From positions 1 through 64,000 of the forward strand of contig CAVPQB010000001.1 of the NCBI GenBank assembly GCA_963707505.1: a stretch of 64,000 bases of DNA, read 5' to 3'. Both the position numbers and the translations under genes were made by a program. Numbering within the stretch: the first letter of the stretch is position 1; the number at the start of each line of letters is the position of its first letter. The DNA comes from an uncultured Gemmatimonadales bacterium. Its GTDB lineage: Bacteria > Gemmatimonadota > Gemmatimonadetes > Gemmatimonadales > Gemmatimonadaceae. Shown in pieces: positions 53,601 through 62,455 of this stretch. The notes below the pieces were generated by a model. That model was not told the DNA's origin and searched no databases. It saw only the letters and a program-made list of their open reading frames with translations.

Positions 53601-53800
53601 TGGATGACTGGCTGTACCTGGCGGGCAACATCGACGGCTCGTACATGCCGGTGACCGGCGGCGACAAGCAACGCCTGGCCGACCTTCAGCAGCAGTGGCT
53701 GGCGGTCCAGTCGCGCATCGACAGCCTGCTCGGCGCCGACGTCAGCGCGTTCAACACGATGCTCGGCGGCAAGGCGGTTGTGATCGTTCCGAAAGCGTAG
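50636..53800 (+). CDS. VPS10/sortilin-like BNR-repeat glycosyl hydrolase-like protein, secreted
   Basis: Signal peptide; WRSIGPYRGGR; many S/TxDxGxTW Asp-boxes; ISPDLTRN; C-terminal helical domain; TGATG overlap with the chimera. Confidence 0.9.
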   Translation: MRARPSSIATATVTAVALLLLAAPSNLAAQAHNAQEPTARAPGAVSFDSAHFGGLHWRSIGPYRGGRVTTVVGVPTQPLTYYMGATGGGIWKTNDAGNSWQNISDGKLHTGSVGSLAVAASDPNVIYAGMGEREPRGQSSTWGDGVYRSTDAGKTWVSRGLENTRSIAQIVIDPHNPDIVIAAAEGSRWTPGPDRGIYKTTNGGASWKLVLHTGDSVSAIDVSMDPSNPRILYAAMWDFQRLPWQIRSGGPGSAIYKSTDGGDTWTRLSGHGLPAGIVGRIGVAVSPANPNRVYAIIEAAADTGGLYRSDDAGESWHHLSAERLIRSRAWYYTRITADPQDENVVYVMNAPVVKSIDGGKSFQVLPAKHGDNHDLWINPLNHNDMINGNDGGAAITLDGGKTWSSQDNQPTGQIYRVNTDGQYPYWVYGSQQDNTSVAIASATAHGGITTSDWYPVGGCESSHIAFDPADPRYLYAGCYQGAISEFDRVTQQQRSVMEYPSLGLSTSPETQKYRFNWSAPIATSPLARNIIYHGGNVLFRSSDRGQNWTAISPDLTRNEKAHQGPGGAPITNEGAGGEVYNTIYYIAPSPRDTNTIWVGTDDGLVQLTRDGGHSWTNVTPKGLRPGFVNAIEISPFDAGTAYMTYDGYKWSDWSPQIYRTTDYGRTWTKLVSGIRDGDQVRVVRADPVRRGLLYAGTETGAYVSFDDGQKWESLQANLPVVPVTDLQIRNGDLVASTEGRAFWIMDDISPLQQHAESIPANESRIFNPRPAYLTRWGSTNAPDAGANPPSGAIIYYDIAAGTDSTKVKLELVDAAGATVRTFTSKPKPTDVNSVISGKPGMHRMVWDLQASQLDAPKGLTFFGSISGPVVAPGQYTVRLTANGKTLTAPLDVLQDPRVHLTAAQFAEQSQTMRVITDRANAIFRDAKRLNDVRDQVKTIVAHAGDLPDSAQVSSTGKHLAARLDSLSIELVQPQHTNGQDIIGFPNGVVDDWLYLAGNIDGSYMPVTGGDKQRLADLQQQWLAVQSRIDSLLGADVSAFNTMLGGKAVVIVPKA

Positions 53801-53802
53801 TT

Positions 53803-53899
53803 GGGGTCAGGTCTTGCGCCGTGCGCCTCTCCCGCGGCAGCGCAGGCTTTCGCCACACCGCGCGTGGATTTGACCGCGCTCGGCGCAAGACCTGACCCC
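53803..53899. repeat. REP/MITE-like element, family A, copy 2
   Basis: 24-bp arms GGGGTCAGGTCTTGCGCCGTGCGC with 1 mismatch; spacer similar to copy 1; begins 2 bp after the stop codon. Confidence 0.85.
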
Positions 53900-53973
53900 T
53901 TAGAACGATCGTTCGACGACGCTCGTCTCAACAAATCCTCCGCGTCGCGCGATATGTATGGGACGCAATGAAC

Positions 53974-54014
53974 CCAGACAGCGGGTCGACCCATCGAGGG
54001 GACCCGCTGTCTGG
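53974..54014. other. 14-bp perfect hairpin upstream of the S10 peptidase
   Basis: CCAGACAGCGGGTC-13 nt-GACCCGCTGTCTGG. Confidence 0.6.
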
Positions 54015-54069
54015 CGTCGTTCGTCCCACTTTAAGTGCCCGTGTGGACCACTACCTGGAGAAATTCGTC

Positions 54070-55665
54070 ATGCAGATGCGCCAGCTGTTGCTTAGCGCCA
54101 CAGCCTCCTTACTCGTCGCAGGAACAGTCTCGGCTCAGCGCCCCCGGCCCGGTGGTCCACCGGGTGCACCAGCTGCCGCAACACCTGGAGCCCAGCGTGG
54201 TGCCAGAGCAGACACGACCGCGGACACGCTCGGCGTGCCGGCGATCGAGAAAATTTCGACGACCCATCACACAACCAGCATCAATGGCAAGTCGATCAGC
54301 TACACGGTGCATACCGGTACCATGGTGTTGCGCGACGAAAACGAAAAGCCCAAGGCATCGGTCTTCTTCATCGCCTATACCAAGGATCAGGAAGACGCAG
54401 CGACGCGCCCGCTGACCTTCTTCTTCAACGGCGGACCCGGCTCGGCGTCACTCTGGCTCGACATGGGCATCATGGCACCGATGCACCCCGACATGGGCCC
54501 GAACGGATCACAGCCCGCGCCTCCGTACAACCTGGTCGACAATCCGAACTCCCCGCTCGACGTTACCGATCTCGTTCAGGTCGATGCGATGATGACCGGC
54601 TACTCACGCCCCGCGAAGGGTGTCAAGGAAACCGACTTCACCGGCACGCAGAACGACATCGCGATGTTCGGCGAGTTCATCCGCGACTACCTCGACAAGT
54701 ACAAGCGCTGGCAGTCACCCAAGTATCTGTTCGGCGAGAGCTACGGCACATTCCGCTCGGCCGGCCTCGCGTCGCAGCTGCAGTCGGCTGAAGGCATCGA
54801 GCTCAATGGTGTCATGCTGCTCGGCACCGTACTCGACTTGCAGTACATCGCCCCGTCTGCGACGAACGACATCGGCTACTCGACATTCCTGCCGACCTAC
54901 ACGGCTACAGCGTGGTACCACAAGAAGCTCCCGTCCGATCTGCAGAGTCAGACGCTGCAACAGGTTGTGCAGCAGTCGCGCGACTACGCGTTCGGTGACT
55001 ACATGACCGCGCTCGCCAAGGGCAACAAACTGACACAGGCCGAGCGTACGGCTGTTGCGCAGAAGGTTGCGCGACTCACGGGCCTGTCGCAGCAGTTTGT
55101 GTTGAACACGAATCTCCGCATCGACGCAGGCACCTTCCGCACTGAGCTGCTGCGCGATCAGCGCGAGATGCTGGGTCGCTATGACAGTCGCATGATCGGC
55201 ATCAACGGAAACGCGTCGAGCACGCGCCAGGACTACGATCCGTCGGACGTCGCACCGTCCGGCGCATTCATGTCCGCCTTCATGCGCTACCTGCACGAAG
55301 ACCTCGGCTACTCCAGCAACCTGCAGTACTACATGGGCGGCCATAGCGGGCGTTGGGACTGGGGCCCCGGTGGCTACGCCGGATACCCCAGCACGATCGA
55401 AGACCTGCGCACCGCGATGGCAAAGGATCCGTACCTTCACGTGATGGTCGGCGCCGGCTACTACGACACCGCGACACCGTTCGCGAACGCAGAGTACAGC
55501 TTCGACCACCTCGGCTTCGACAAGACGTACAGCGATCGCGTCGAGTTCAAGTACTACGAGAGCGGTCACATGGCCTATCTCAACCAGGCCTCGGCGAAGC
55601 AACTGAAGTCGGACATCGCGAACTTCATCGCTTCCACGAAGAAGGGTGGGAAGGTCTCGCAGTAA
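54070..55665 (+). CDS. S10 family serine carboxypeptidase, secreted
   Basis: FNGGPGSAS, GESYG, GYYDTATP, YESGHMAY; GGAG RBS. Confidence 0.93.
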   Translation: MQMRQLLLSATASLLVAGTVSAQRPRPGGPPGAPAAATPGAQRGARADTTADTLGVPAIEKISTTHHTTSINGKSISYTVHTGTMVLRDENEKPKASVFFIAYTKDQEDAATRPLTFFFNGGPGSASLWLDMGIMAPMHPDMGPNGSQPAPPYNLVDNPNSPLDVTDLVQVDAMMTGYSRPAKGVKETDFTGTQNDIAMFGEFIRDYLDKYKRWQSPKYLFGESYGTFRSAGLASQLQSAEGIELNGVMLLGTVLDLQYIAPSATNDIGYSTFLPTYTATAWYHKKLPSDLQSQTLQQVVQQSRDYAFGDYMTALAKGNKLTQAERTAVAQKVARLTGLSQQFVLNTNLRIDAGTFRTELLRDQREMLGRYDSRMIGINGNASSTRQDYDPSDVAPSGAFMSAFMRYLHEDLGYSSNLQYYMGGHSGRWDWGPGGYAGYPSTIEDLRTAMAKDPYLHVMVGAGYYDTATPFANAEYSFDHLGFDKTYSDRVEFKYYESGHMAYLNQASAKQLKSDIANFIASTKKGGKVSQ

Positions 55666-55705
55666 CCACGTGAGCCGCTCGTGAGTACTTGAGAGCGGTC
55701 GAATG

Positions 55706-55749
55706 AACAGCGGGGTCGAGAATCAGTTCATTCTCGACCCCGCTGTTTT
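55706..55749. terminator. intrinsic terminator between convergent genes
   Basis: 18-bp stem AACAGCGGGGTCGAGAAT / ATTCTCGACCCCGCTGTT followed by T residues. Confidence 0.75.
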
Positions 55750-55774
55750 ACACGCAGTGCGTATACCGTAATCG

Positions 55775-56698
55775 CTAGATTTCTCCAGCGAGGATCCTGC
55801 CGTACAGCGCCGGATCAACGTTACCGCCGCTGACGATCAGACACACGCTCTTGCCTGAAAAACGCGACGCGTCGGCGAGCATCGCACCGGTGGTCAACGC
55901 ACCTGTCGGCTCCGACTTGAGATTGGCGAGCGAGAAGAGCAATCGCACGGCCTCGGTGATCTGCAGTTCGGGAACTTCGATGATGCCGGCGAGTCCGTGC
56001 TGCAGAATCGCCCAGTTGTGCGCGCCGAGTGAGCGTGTGCGCGCGCCGTCCGCGATGGACTGCGGCTCGTGCTCATTCACGACGATGTGTCCTGCGCGGA
56101 GTGACTGCGCTGCATCGTTTGCAAGGAGCGGCTCGGCGCCGAATACCGGAAGTTGGCTTCCGGATTCTCGTAATCCCTGAATGATGCCGGACGATAGTCC
56201 GCCGCCGCCGATCGGAACGACGACTGCATCAAAGGAGTATGGCGCGTTGGCAAGCTCGCGTCCCAGCGTTGCGTTTCCTGCGATTACCAGTGGATCGTTG
56301 TATGCGCTTGCGATGTAGGCTTCCGGATACTGCGCCGCGAGCTCCGCGACGCGAGCTTCGCGCGTGATGACGGTCGTGTCGATCAGCTCGGCAGTTGCTC
56401 CGTATGCGATCACTGCATCGACCTTGACGCGCGCCGAGTTCTGCGGCATCACGACTATGCAACGCTTGCCGGTCAGTTTGCACGCGAGAGCGGTCGCCTG
56501 ACCGAAGTTGCCGCTGCTCGCCGTGATGATCATCGGGTGCGGCACCGAGCTAGCTACGTTATACGCTGCGCGGAACTTGAAGCTGCCCGTGTACTGAAAT
56601 GTCTCGCTTGCGAGAACCACCGTTGCACCCAGCCGCTCGCTCAGCCGCGGCGCCTCGATGAGAGTGGTGGGGCGCAGATTCGTTGGCTTGTCGGTCAC
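55775..56698 (-). CDS. PLP-dependent threonine/serine dehydratase (catalytic domain only)
   Basis: TGSFKFRAA (PLP Lys), SSGNFGQA, PIGGGGL, SIADG, VSGGNVD; GTG start inferred. Confidence 0.9.
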   Translation of the reverse strand: MTDKPTNLRPTTLIEAPRLSERLGATVVLASETFQYTGSFKFRAAYNVASSVPHPMIITASSGNFGQATALACKLTGKRCIVVMPQNSARVKVDAVIAYGATAELIDTTVITREARVAELAAQYPEAYIASAYNDPLVIAGNATLGRELANAPYSFDAVVVPIGGGGLSSGIIQGLRESGSQLPVFGAEPLLANDAAQSLRAGHIVVNEHEPQSIADGARTRSLGAHNWAILQHGLAGIIEVPELQITEAVRLLFSLANLKSEPTGALTTGAMLADASRFSGKSVCLIVSGGNVDPALYGRILAGEI

Positions 56699-56921
56699 GC
56701 GAGACTCATGGCGAAAAGTGAGGAGGTTGGTGGGTCGGCTGGTTCGTTCCAATGATAACCTGACCCAACTCAGCGGCCATATGGGCCGCCGCCCAACCCC
56801 GCCGATCCGCGGCTCATTACAACGAATCGTATACTTTATCCGTTGTTGAAGAATAAGAATACTTCGGACAGACGACCAGTCCGACAATCTCCATTTCCGT
56901 CCTCTCGCTCAGGTGACTTGG

Positions 56922-58922
56922 ATGCAATCTCGGGATCGCCGTTCCATGATTTACAGCGCCGCTCGCGGGGCCGCCGCACTGGTGTCCATTGCTGCTTTCG
57001 GTGTCATTCTTCCACACACCGCTGCCGCCCAGGACAGATCCGTCCCCGTCTTCAAGGACGGCATGGCCCAGATCGTCCCCGGATTTCAGGATTCCACCAC
57101 CTGGGTCCGCCAGGAGCTCTGGGTCGAGACCGGCTTCGACACCGACGGCGACGGCAAGCCTGACCGCATGCACGTGGACGTCACTCGCCCGCGACAGACG
57201 GACACGGAGGGACTCAAGGTCTCCGTCGTCTACGAATCCAGCCCCTACTTCGCTGGCACGTCGGGTCCCAGACAGTACCTCTGGAACGTCAAGCAGGAAG
57301 TTGGCGCGACGCCAACTCAGCGCGAGCATCAACCCGAGATTCCATTCAAGCCCGTCCGTCCCCGGATCTCCAACGACCTGATCAACGAGTGGGTCCCGCG
57401 CGGCTTCGCAGTCGTGCATTCCGAGGCGCCCGGCACCGGGCTGTCGCAGGGATGTCCGACTGTCGGCGACACACCCGAGCGCATGGCGCCAAAGGCCGTT
57501 ATCGATTGGCTCAACGGACGCGCCAAGGGCTACACGACCGAGACCGGCAATGAAGAAGTGAAGGCCAGCTGGTCCACCGGCAAGGTCGGGATGATCGGAA
57601 CGTCCTACAACGGGACGCTTCCGCTCGCCGCTGCGACGACCGGTGTGAAGGGACTCGAGGTAGTCATTCCAGTTTCACCGAACACGTCGTACTACCACTA
57701 CTATCGCACCAACGGTCTCGTCCGCCATCCCGGCGGATGGCTTGGCGAGGACATCGACTTCGTCTACGACTTCATTCACAGCGGCGACCCTGCAAAGCGC
57801 GCGTATTGCAATGCTACATATCGCGATGGACTGTTCGCAGCAGCCGGCGGACGTGATCGTGCGACGGGCGACTACAACGACTTCTGGGCGAAGCGCGATC
57901 TTCTTCCATTCGTAAAGAACATCAAGGCTGCCGTACTGCTGGCACACGGATTCAACGACTGGAACGTGGTGCCCGAGCACAGCGTGCGCATCTACAATGA
58001 GATGAAGGCTGATGGTCTTCCCGTCTCCGCTTACTTCCATCAGGGCGGACACGGCGGGAACCCGCCAGATGACATGGTGAACCAGTGGTTCAGTCACTAC
58101 CTCTACGGCGTCGACAATGGTGTCGAGAAAGCACCGCCAGTATGGATAGTTCATGAAGAAGCGGCACAGGCCGAGCAGGCGAAAGCCGAGGTGGCACGGA
58201 TAGCCGCTGGCACTCCCGTGCAGCGCGGTCGACGCGGTGGTCCCCGTCCTCCACGCACTGCTCCAACTCCGTACGCTTCGTTCCCCGTGCCGGGATCGGT
58301 GCAGGTTGTGCTGCATCCGGTCGGTAACGGAAATTCAGTCGGAAGTCTCAGTCTCGTAGCACCGAAGAACGATGGCAACGAGAAGCTGATCGACGACGTC
58401 TCGTTCAGCGGGAGCGCGCTCGCGTTGGCAGCGCAGTCGCCGCACAGATTGCTGTTCGCGACTGCACCACTCACCGACACCGTTCACATATCGGGAACGT
58501 CACGCATCACGCTGCGCGTTGCTTTCAGCAAACCCGCTGCGAATCTAACAGTATGGCTCGTGCAGCTTCCGTTCGACTCGACCACCATCGGCACGTCGAT
58601 TCAGGAAGGGCTCATCACGCGCGGCTGGGCAGATCCCGAGAATTACAGGTCGCTCACGCACGGTGGCAACTACGATTCGAAGTTGCCCGGCGAGAAGCTC
58701 ATCCCCGGCAAGTTCTACAACATGACGTTCGACATCGAGCCCGACGACGAATTCATTCCGGCGGGCAAGCAGATTGGCGTGATGATCATGTCGAGCGATC
58801 CCGAGTTCACACTGTGGCCGAAGGCGGGGACCGAGCTCACCGTCGATCTCAACGGCAGCTCGTTCAGCCTGCCGATTGTCGGAGGAACGGGAGCGCTCAG
58901 GAGCGCCGGAGCGATCAAATAG
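56922..58922 (+). CDS. Xaa-Pro dipeptidyl-peptidase (S15, PepX-like), secreted
   Basis: DTDGDGKPDR, WSTGKVGMIGTSYNG, HGFNDWNV, HQGGH; start uncertain (56913/56922/56946). Confidence 0.92.
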   Translation: MQSRDRRSMIYSAARGAAALVSIAAFGVILPHTAAAQDRSVPVFKDGMAQIVPGFQDSTTWVRQELWVETGFDTDGDGKPDRMHVDVTRPRQTDTEGLKVSVVYESSPYFAGTSGPRQYLWNVKQEVGATPTQREHQPEIPFKPVRPRISNDLINEWVPRGFAVVHSEAPGTGLSQGCPTVGDTPERMAPKAVIDWLNGRAKGYTTETGNEEVKASWSTGKVGMIGTSYNGTLPLAAATTGVKGLEVVIPVSPNTSYYHYYRTNGLVRHPGGWLGEDIDFVYDFIHSGDPAKRAYCNATYRDGLFAAAGGRDRATGDYNDFWAKRDLLPFVKNIKAAVLLAHGFNDWNVVPEHSVRIYNEMKADGLPVSAYFHQGGHGGNPPDDMVNQWFSHYLYGVDNGVEKAPPVWIVHEEAAQAEQAKAEVARIAAGTPVQRGRRGGPRPPRTAPTPYASFPVPGSVQVVLHPVGNGNSVGSLSLVAPKNDGNEKLIDDVSFSGSALALAAQSPHRLLFATAPLTDTVHISGTSRITLRVAFSKPAANLTVWLVQLPFDSTTIGTSIQEGLITRGWADPENYRSLTHGGNYDSKLPGEKLIPGKFYNMTFDIEPDDEFIPAGKQIGVMIMSSDPEFTLWPKAGTELTVDLNGSSFSLPIVGGTGALRSAGAIK

Positions 58923-58950
58923 GCTCGCCAACAGCGTGCTGCAGTTATTG

Positions 58951-58984
58951 GACGGCCACCCCCTTCAGGTGGCCGTTTGCTTTC
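58951..58984 (+). terminator. intrinsic terminator after the PepX-like gene
   Basis: Stem ACGGCCACC / GGTGGCCGT followed by TTGCTTTC. Confidence 0.6.
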
Positions 58985-59128
58985 CCGGCTTCGCATCTCC
59001 CTGAGCGGGGATCGCCCACATTCAGCCGTTTTTACGGAACTGAGATGAATCGAATATGGACAGGATGATTATGTGGCCATATATTTATGGCTATAGCTGC
59101 AATATTATGGCTAATAGGAGGATCGTGC

Positions 59129-59425
59129 ATGCCAAAAAAATCACGACATGGATCGCGAGGGTACCCCGCACCGTCCACCGCACTGTCATCGCGTGCAGTG
59201 ATGGAAGTGAAGGCAGGCGTGTTCAAGGATACATGTCTCCAGCTTCTCGACGATGTGCGAGACCGGGGTTTGCAAATCATTGTGACGAAGTATGGAGAAC
59301 CCGTGGCCAAGCTAGTCGCAGCAGAAGTGGCAATGCCGAGTGCATTTGGTTTTATGAGCGGGACTGTCATCGCTGAAGAGGACATCGTCGCACCTGACTT
59401 CGACTCATGGGGTGACCTGGCGTGA
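59129..59425 (+). CDS. Phd/YefM family antitoxin
   Basis: VKAGVFKDTCLQLLDDV...IIVTKYGEPVAKLV; AGGAGG RBS; GTGA overlap with the toxin. Confidence 0.88.
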   Translation: MPKKSRHGSRGYPAPSTALSSRAVMEVKAGVFKDTCLQLLDDVRDRGLQIIVTKYGEPVAKLVAAEVAMPSAFGFMSGTVIAEEDIVAPDFDSWGDLA

Positions 59426-59907
59426 GGCCATCTCGTGCCAGGTCTTCCAGTGTTTTGCGCGCTACTGATCTTGCCGACTACGACGGTCCGCTTCTACTCG
59501 ACACACACATCTGGGTGTGGCACCTGGGAGGCGATACCGCTCGACTCACTGCTGACGTCATTCGGTTGCTCGATCGAGTCGGCGCAGCGTCGCGTCTCCA
59601 CGTTTCCGACATCTCGTATTGGGAAGTGGCAGTGAAAGCCGCGAAGCAAAGAATCACGCTATCGATGGACGCAGCAGTATGGCTACAGCGGGCAGAGCGC
59701 GCGCCCGGGATCCGTTATCTTCCACTTGATCGCGAGATCCTCCTGCTGAGCACGCGTCTCGCTGGAACGGTTCACAATGACCCGGCTGACCGCATGCTTA
59801 TCGCCACAGCGCAGATCAACAACATCCCTCTGATGACGGCGGATCGGCTGATTATCGAATACGCACAGACGGTCCCGGGAACACCGGTGGTGGATCTCCG
59901 AACATGA
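59422..59907 (+). CDS. vapC: VapC/PIN-domain toxin
   Basis: LLDTHIWVW, SDISYWEV, HNDPADRMLIA, TAD (PIN acidic residues). Confidence 0.9.
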   Translation: MRPSRARSSSVLRATDLADYDGPLLLDTHIWVWHLGGDTARLTADVIRLLDRVGAASRLHVSDISYWEVAVKAAKQRITLSMDAAVWLQRAERAPGIRYLPLDREILLLSTRLAGTVHNDPADRMLIATAQINNIPLMTADRLIIEYAQTVPGTPVVDLRT

Positions 59908-59941
59908 GCGACAGTGCATGGAGCGCACGCGATGACTCGTC

Positions 59942-62455
59942 TCACACACTCGCTCGCGGGGTTGACGGGCGGGAGCTTATCATCGCGGTTGCGCCGGCAA
60001 GACCCTGCGATGACGCGTCGATATGGATCGCACCGGCGCTGAGGGTTGCCTGAACGATCGCAACACACCGTCCACTGAACAGCTTCCGTCGCGTGGCCCT
60101 GTCCGGCTCGTGGCTGCTTGGATCGCCATTCCCGACTCCGATTATAGTACCACCACCGGTTACGACGAACGAGATCTCGGCGTCCGCGTCATCTACAGTC
60201 CGATTCCGATCGTCGACGACCTGCGCGTCGACCATCACGACATCCTCACCATCAGCGGAGATCCATTCCCGGTCGGTGTGCAGTATCACGCGCGTTGCGG
60301 GGCCGGTCGTCTCACGTTTCACCGACTTCACCACCTCGCCATTCCTGTAACCTCGTGCCTCGATCGTGCCGGGAGCGTACCGGACCTTCCACGAAACGTG
60401 CCCCTGTGCGGGGACGGGTTGCGCACCCACGCTCGCGCCATTGAGGAAGAGCTCGACACGATCGAGGTTGCTGTGAGCCCAGACGTCGATCTCCTTTCCC
60501 TCGCTTCCGGTCCAGTTCCAGTGAGGAAACAGGTGCAGCACCGGGCTGGCACCCCACCAAGCCTGATAATAGTAGAAGGTGTCTTTCGGAAAGCCGCAGG
60601 TGTCCATGATTCCGAAGTGTGAGCTGATGCACGGCCAGTCGTATGGCGATGGCTCGCCGCGATAGTCGAAACCTGTCCAGGCAAAACCGCCTGCAAGCCA
60701 ACGGCGCGCTACCGTGTACTTCCACCATTCCTCCGCCGTCGCTCCATAACCCGGCTTGTTGACGTCGTACGCGCTGACGTAGCCGTGCACCGGATCCTTC
60801 GCGTAGATGCCGCGCGTGGCAAACGCACTCGCGGTCTCCGATTCGAAGAGCGGAAGCTTCGGCATGTTTCTGTGCAGCACGTCAATGCTCTCGCGCATGT
60901 AGTTGATCCCCTGCACGTCGAGCGACAACATGACTCCCTTGCCGTACGAGCTGTCCACCGCTGCAGTGACAGGTCGGGACGGATCGAGACTCCTTGCCAG
61001 AAGGCGCATCGTGTGCGCGACATGGGTTCCCACTGTCGTGCCCTGCGAATCCCACTCCTCGTTCGAGACCGACCAGGCGAATACGCTCGGATGATTGCGG
61101 TCGCGCCGGATCATTCGCTCGAGCTGACTCAGGCCCTCAGGCTGTGAGGAGAACATTCTGGTTTCGTCGAGCACGAGCATTCCCAGCCGGTCGCAAGCGT
61201 CGAGCAGCTCCGGTGTCGGTGGGTTGTGTGATGTACGATATGCATTCGACCCCATTTCCTTGAGCTTCGCGATGCGAAAGTTCTGCACGGCATCGGGAAG
61301 AGCCGACCCGATGCCTGCGTGATCCTGATGGTTGCACGTACCCTTGAGCGCGACGCGAACCCCATTCAGAAAGAAACCATTGTCCACGTCGAAGTGTATG
61401 CTGCGAATGCCGAAGGTCGTCTCGTAGCTATCAGCAACTCTGCCACGATCGTCGACGATCGTTGTGAGGAGCGTATGAAGGTGCGGCGTCTCGACCGACC
61501 AGAGGTCCGGCCGCGGTACGTTCACGGTCTGCGTGATCGTCGACTGTGACCACCCGTTTGTGTGAGCCAGTGTGCTCCGCGCAGTGGCGATCGTTCTTCC
61601 GGATCGATCGCGGATATCCGAAACGACGCGATACGTAACGGCGGCATCGGCATGGTTGGCAACATCGGTCGCGATGGTGAGAAGCGCCGATGTTGCAGCT
61701 CCGTTGTCCGCTGAAAGCTCAGATCGCACTACGGCTCCCCATTGCGGTACGTGCAGCGGGCTCGTCTTGACGAGCCACACGTGCCTGTAGATGCCTGCGC
61801 CTTCGTAGAACCATCCTTCGTATTCTGTCGCGTCTGCCCGCACCACGAGTACGTTCGGACCGCCGAAATTCGCGACATCAGAGACGTCATAGCTGAAAGG
61901 AGCGTATCCGCTGAGGTTTCGGCCGAGCAGGTGTCCGTTGAGAACTATGATCGCGTCACGAAAGACACCATCGAACTCTAGTGAGATACGGCGGTTCACG
62001 TCGGATGCGAGAAGGTCGAAGCTGCGGCGATACCATCCTATGCTCGTTTCGGGATATCCTCGGCCCACGGGCTTGTATCCATGTCCGCGAACGTGACGGT
62101 CGTTCACGAACGGAAGGTCCACTACCCAGTCGTGCGGCAGATTCACCGCGGTCCACTGAGAGTCATCGTACTTCTGTTCGGCGACTTCAGGAAATATCTC
62201 GCCGTCCTTCGCAAACGCCTCGTTGCTGCCGAATCCGAAGTCCTTCGTTGGATCGGAAGCGTGTCCGAAGTGAAACTTCCAGTTGCGGTCAACCAGGAGG
62301 CGCTCGCGGGGACCGTCGCTGTCCGCCGATGAACGGAGACCCCGGTCGGCGCCAGCAACGTGGTCCATCGCCCGGGTGACTGCAGGCGACAGCGTCGAGC
62401 CGATGGCGATCCCCACACCGCCCTTGATTACGTCACGTCGCGTCCAGTTCTTCAT
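59942..62455 (-). CDS. GH2 beta-galactosidase (GalA-like), Tat-exported
   Basis: TRRDVIK twin-arginine signal; LPHDW, WFYEGAGIYRHVWL, GTCNHQDHAG, RTSHNP, RNHPS..WSVSNEE, WTGFDYRGEP. Confidence 0.93.
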   Translation of the reverse strand: MKNWTRRDVIKGGVGIAIGSTLSPAVTRAMDHVAGADRGLRSSADSDGPRERLLVDRNWKFHFGHASDPTKDFGFGSNEAFAKDGEIFPEVAEQKYDDSQWTAVNLPHDWVVDLPFVNDRHVRGHGYKPVGRGYPETSIGWYRRSFDLLASDVNRRISLEFDGVFRDAIIVLNGHLLGRNLSGYAPFSYDVSDVANFGGPNVLVVRADATEYEGWFYEGAGIYRHVWLVKTSPLHVPQWGAVVRSELSADNGAATSALLTIATDVANHADAAVTYRVVSDIRDRSGRTIATARSTLAHTNGWSQSTITQTVNVPRPDLWSVETPHLHTLLTTIVDDRGRVADSYETTFGIRSIHFDVDNGFFLNGVRVALKGTCNHQDHAGIGSALPDAVQNFRIAKLKEMGSNAYRTSHNPPTPELLDACDRLGMLVLDETRMFSSQPEGLSQLERMIRRDRNHPSVFAWSVSNEEWDSQGTTVGTHVAHTMRLLARSLDPSRPVTAAVDSSYGKGVMLSLDVQGINYMRESIDVLHRNMPKLPLFESETASAFATRGIYAKDPVHGYVSAYDVNKPGYGATAEEWWKYTVARRWLAGGFAWTGFDYRGEPSPYDWPCISSHFGIMDTCGFPKDTFYYYQAWWGASPVLHLFPHWNWTGSEGKEIDVWAHSNLDRVELFLNGASVGAQPVPAQGHVSWKVRYAPGTIEARGYRNGEVVKSVKRETTGPATRVILHTDREWISADGEDVVMVDAQVVDDRNRTVDDADAEISFVVTGGGTIIGVGNGDPSSHEPDRATRRKLFSGRCVAIVQATLSAGAIHIDASSQGLAGATAMISSRPSTPRASV

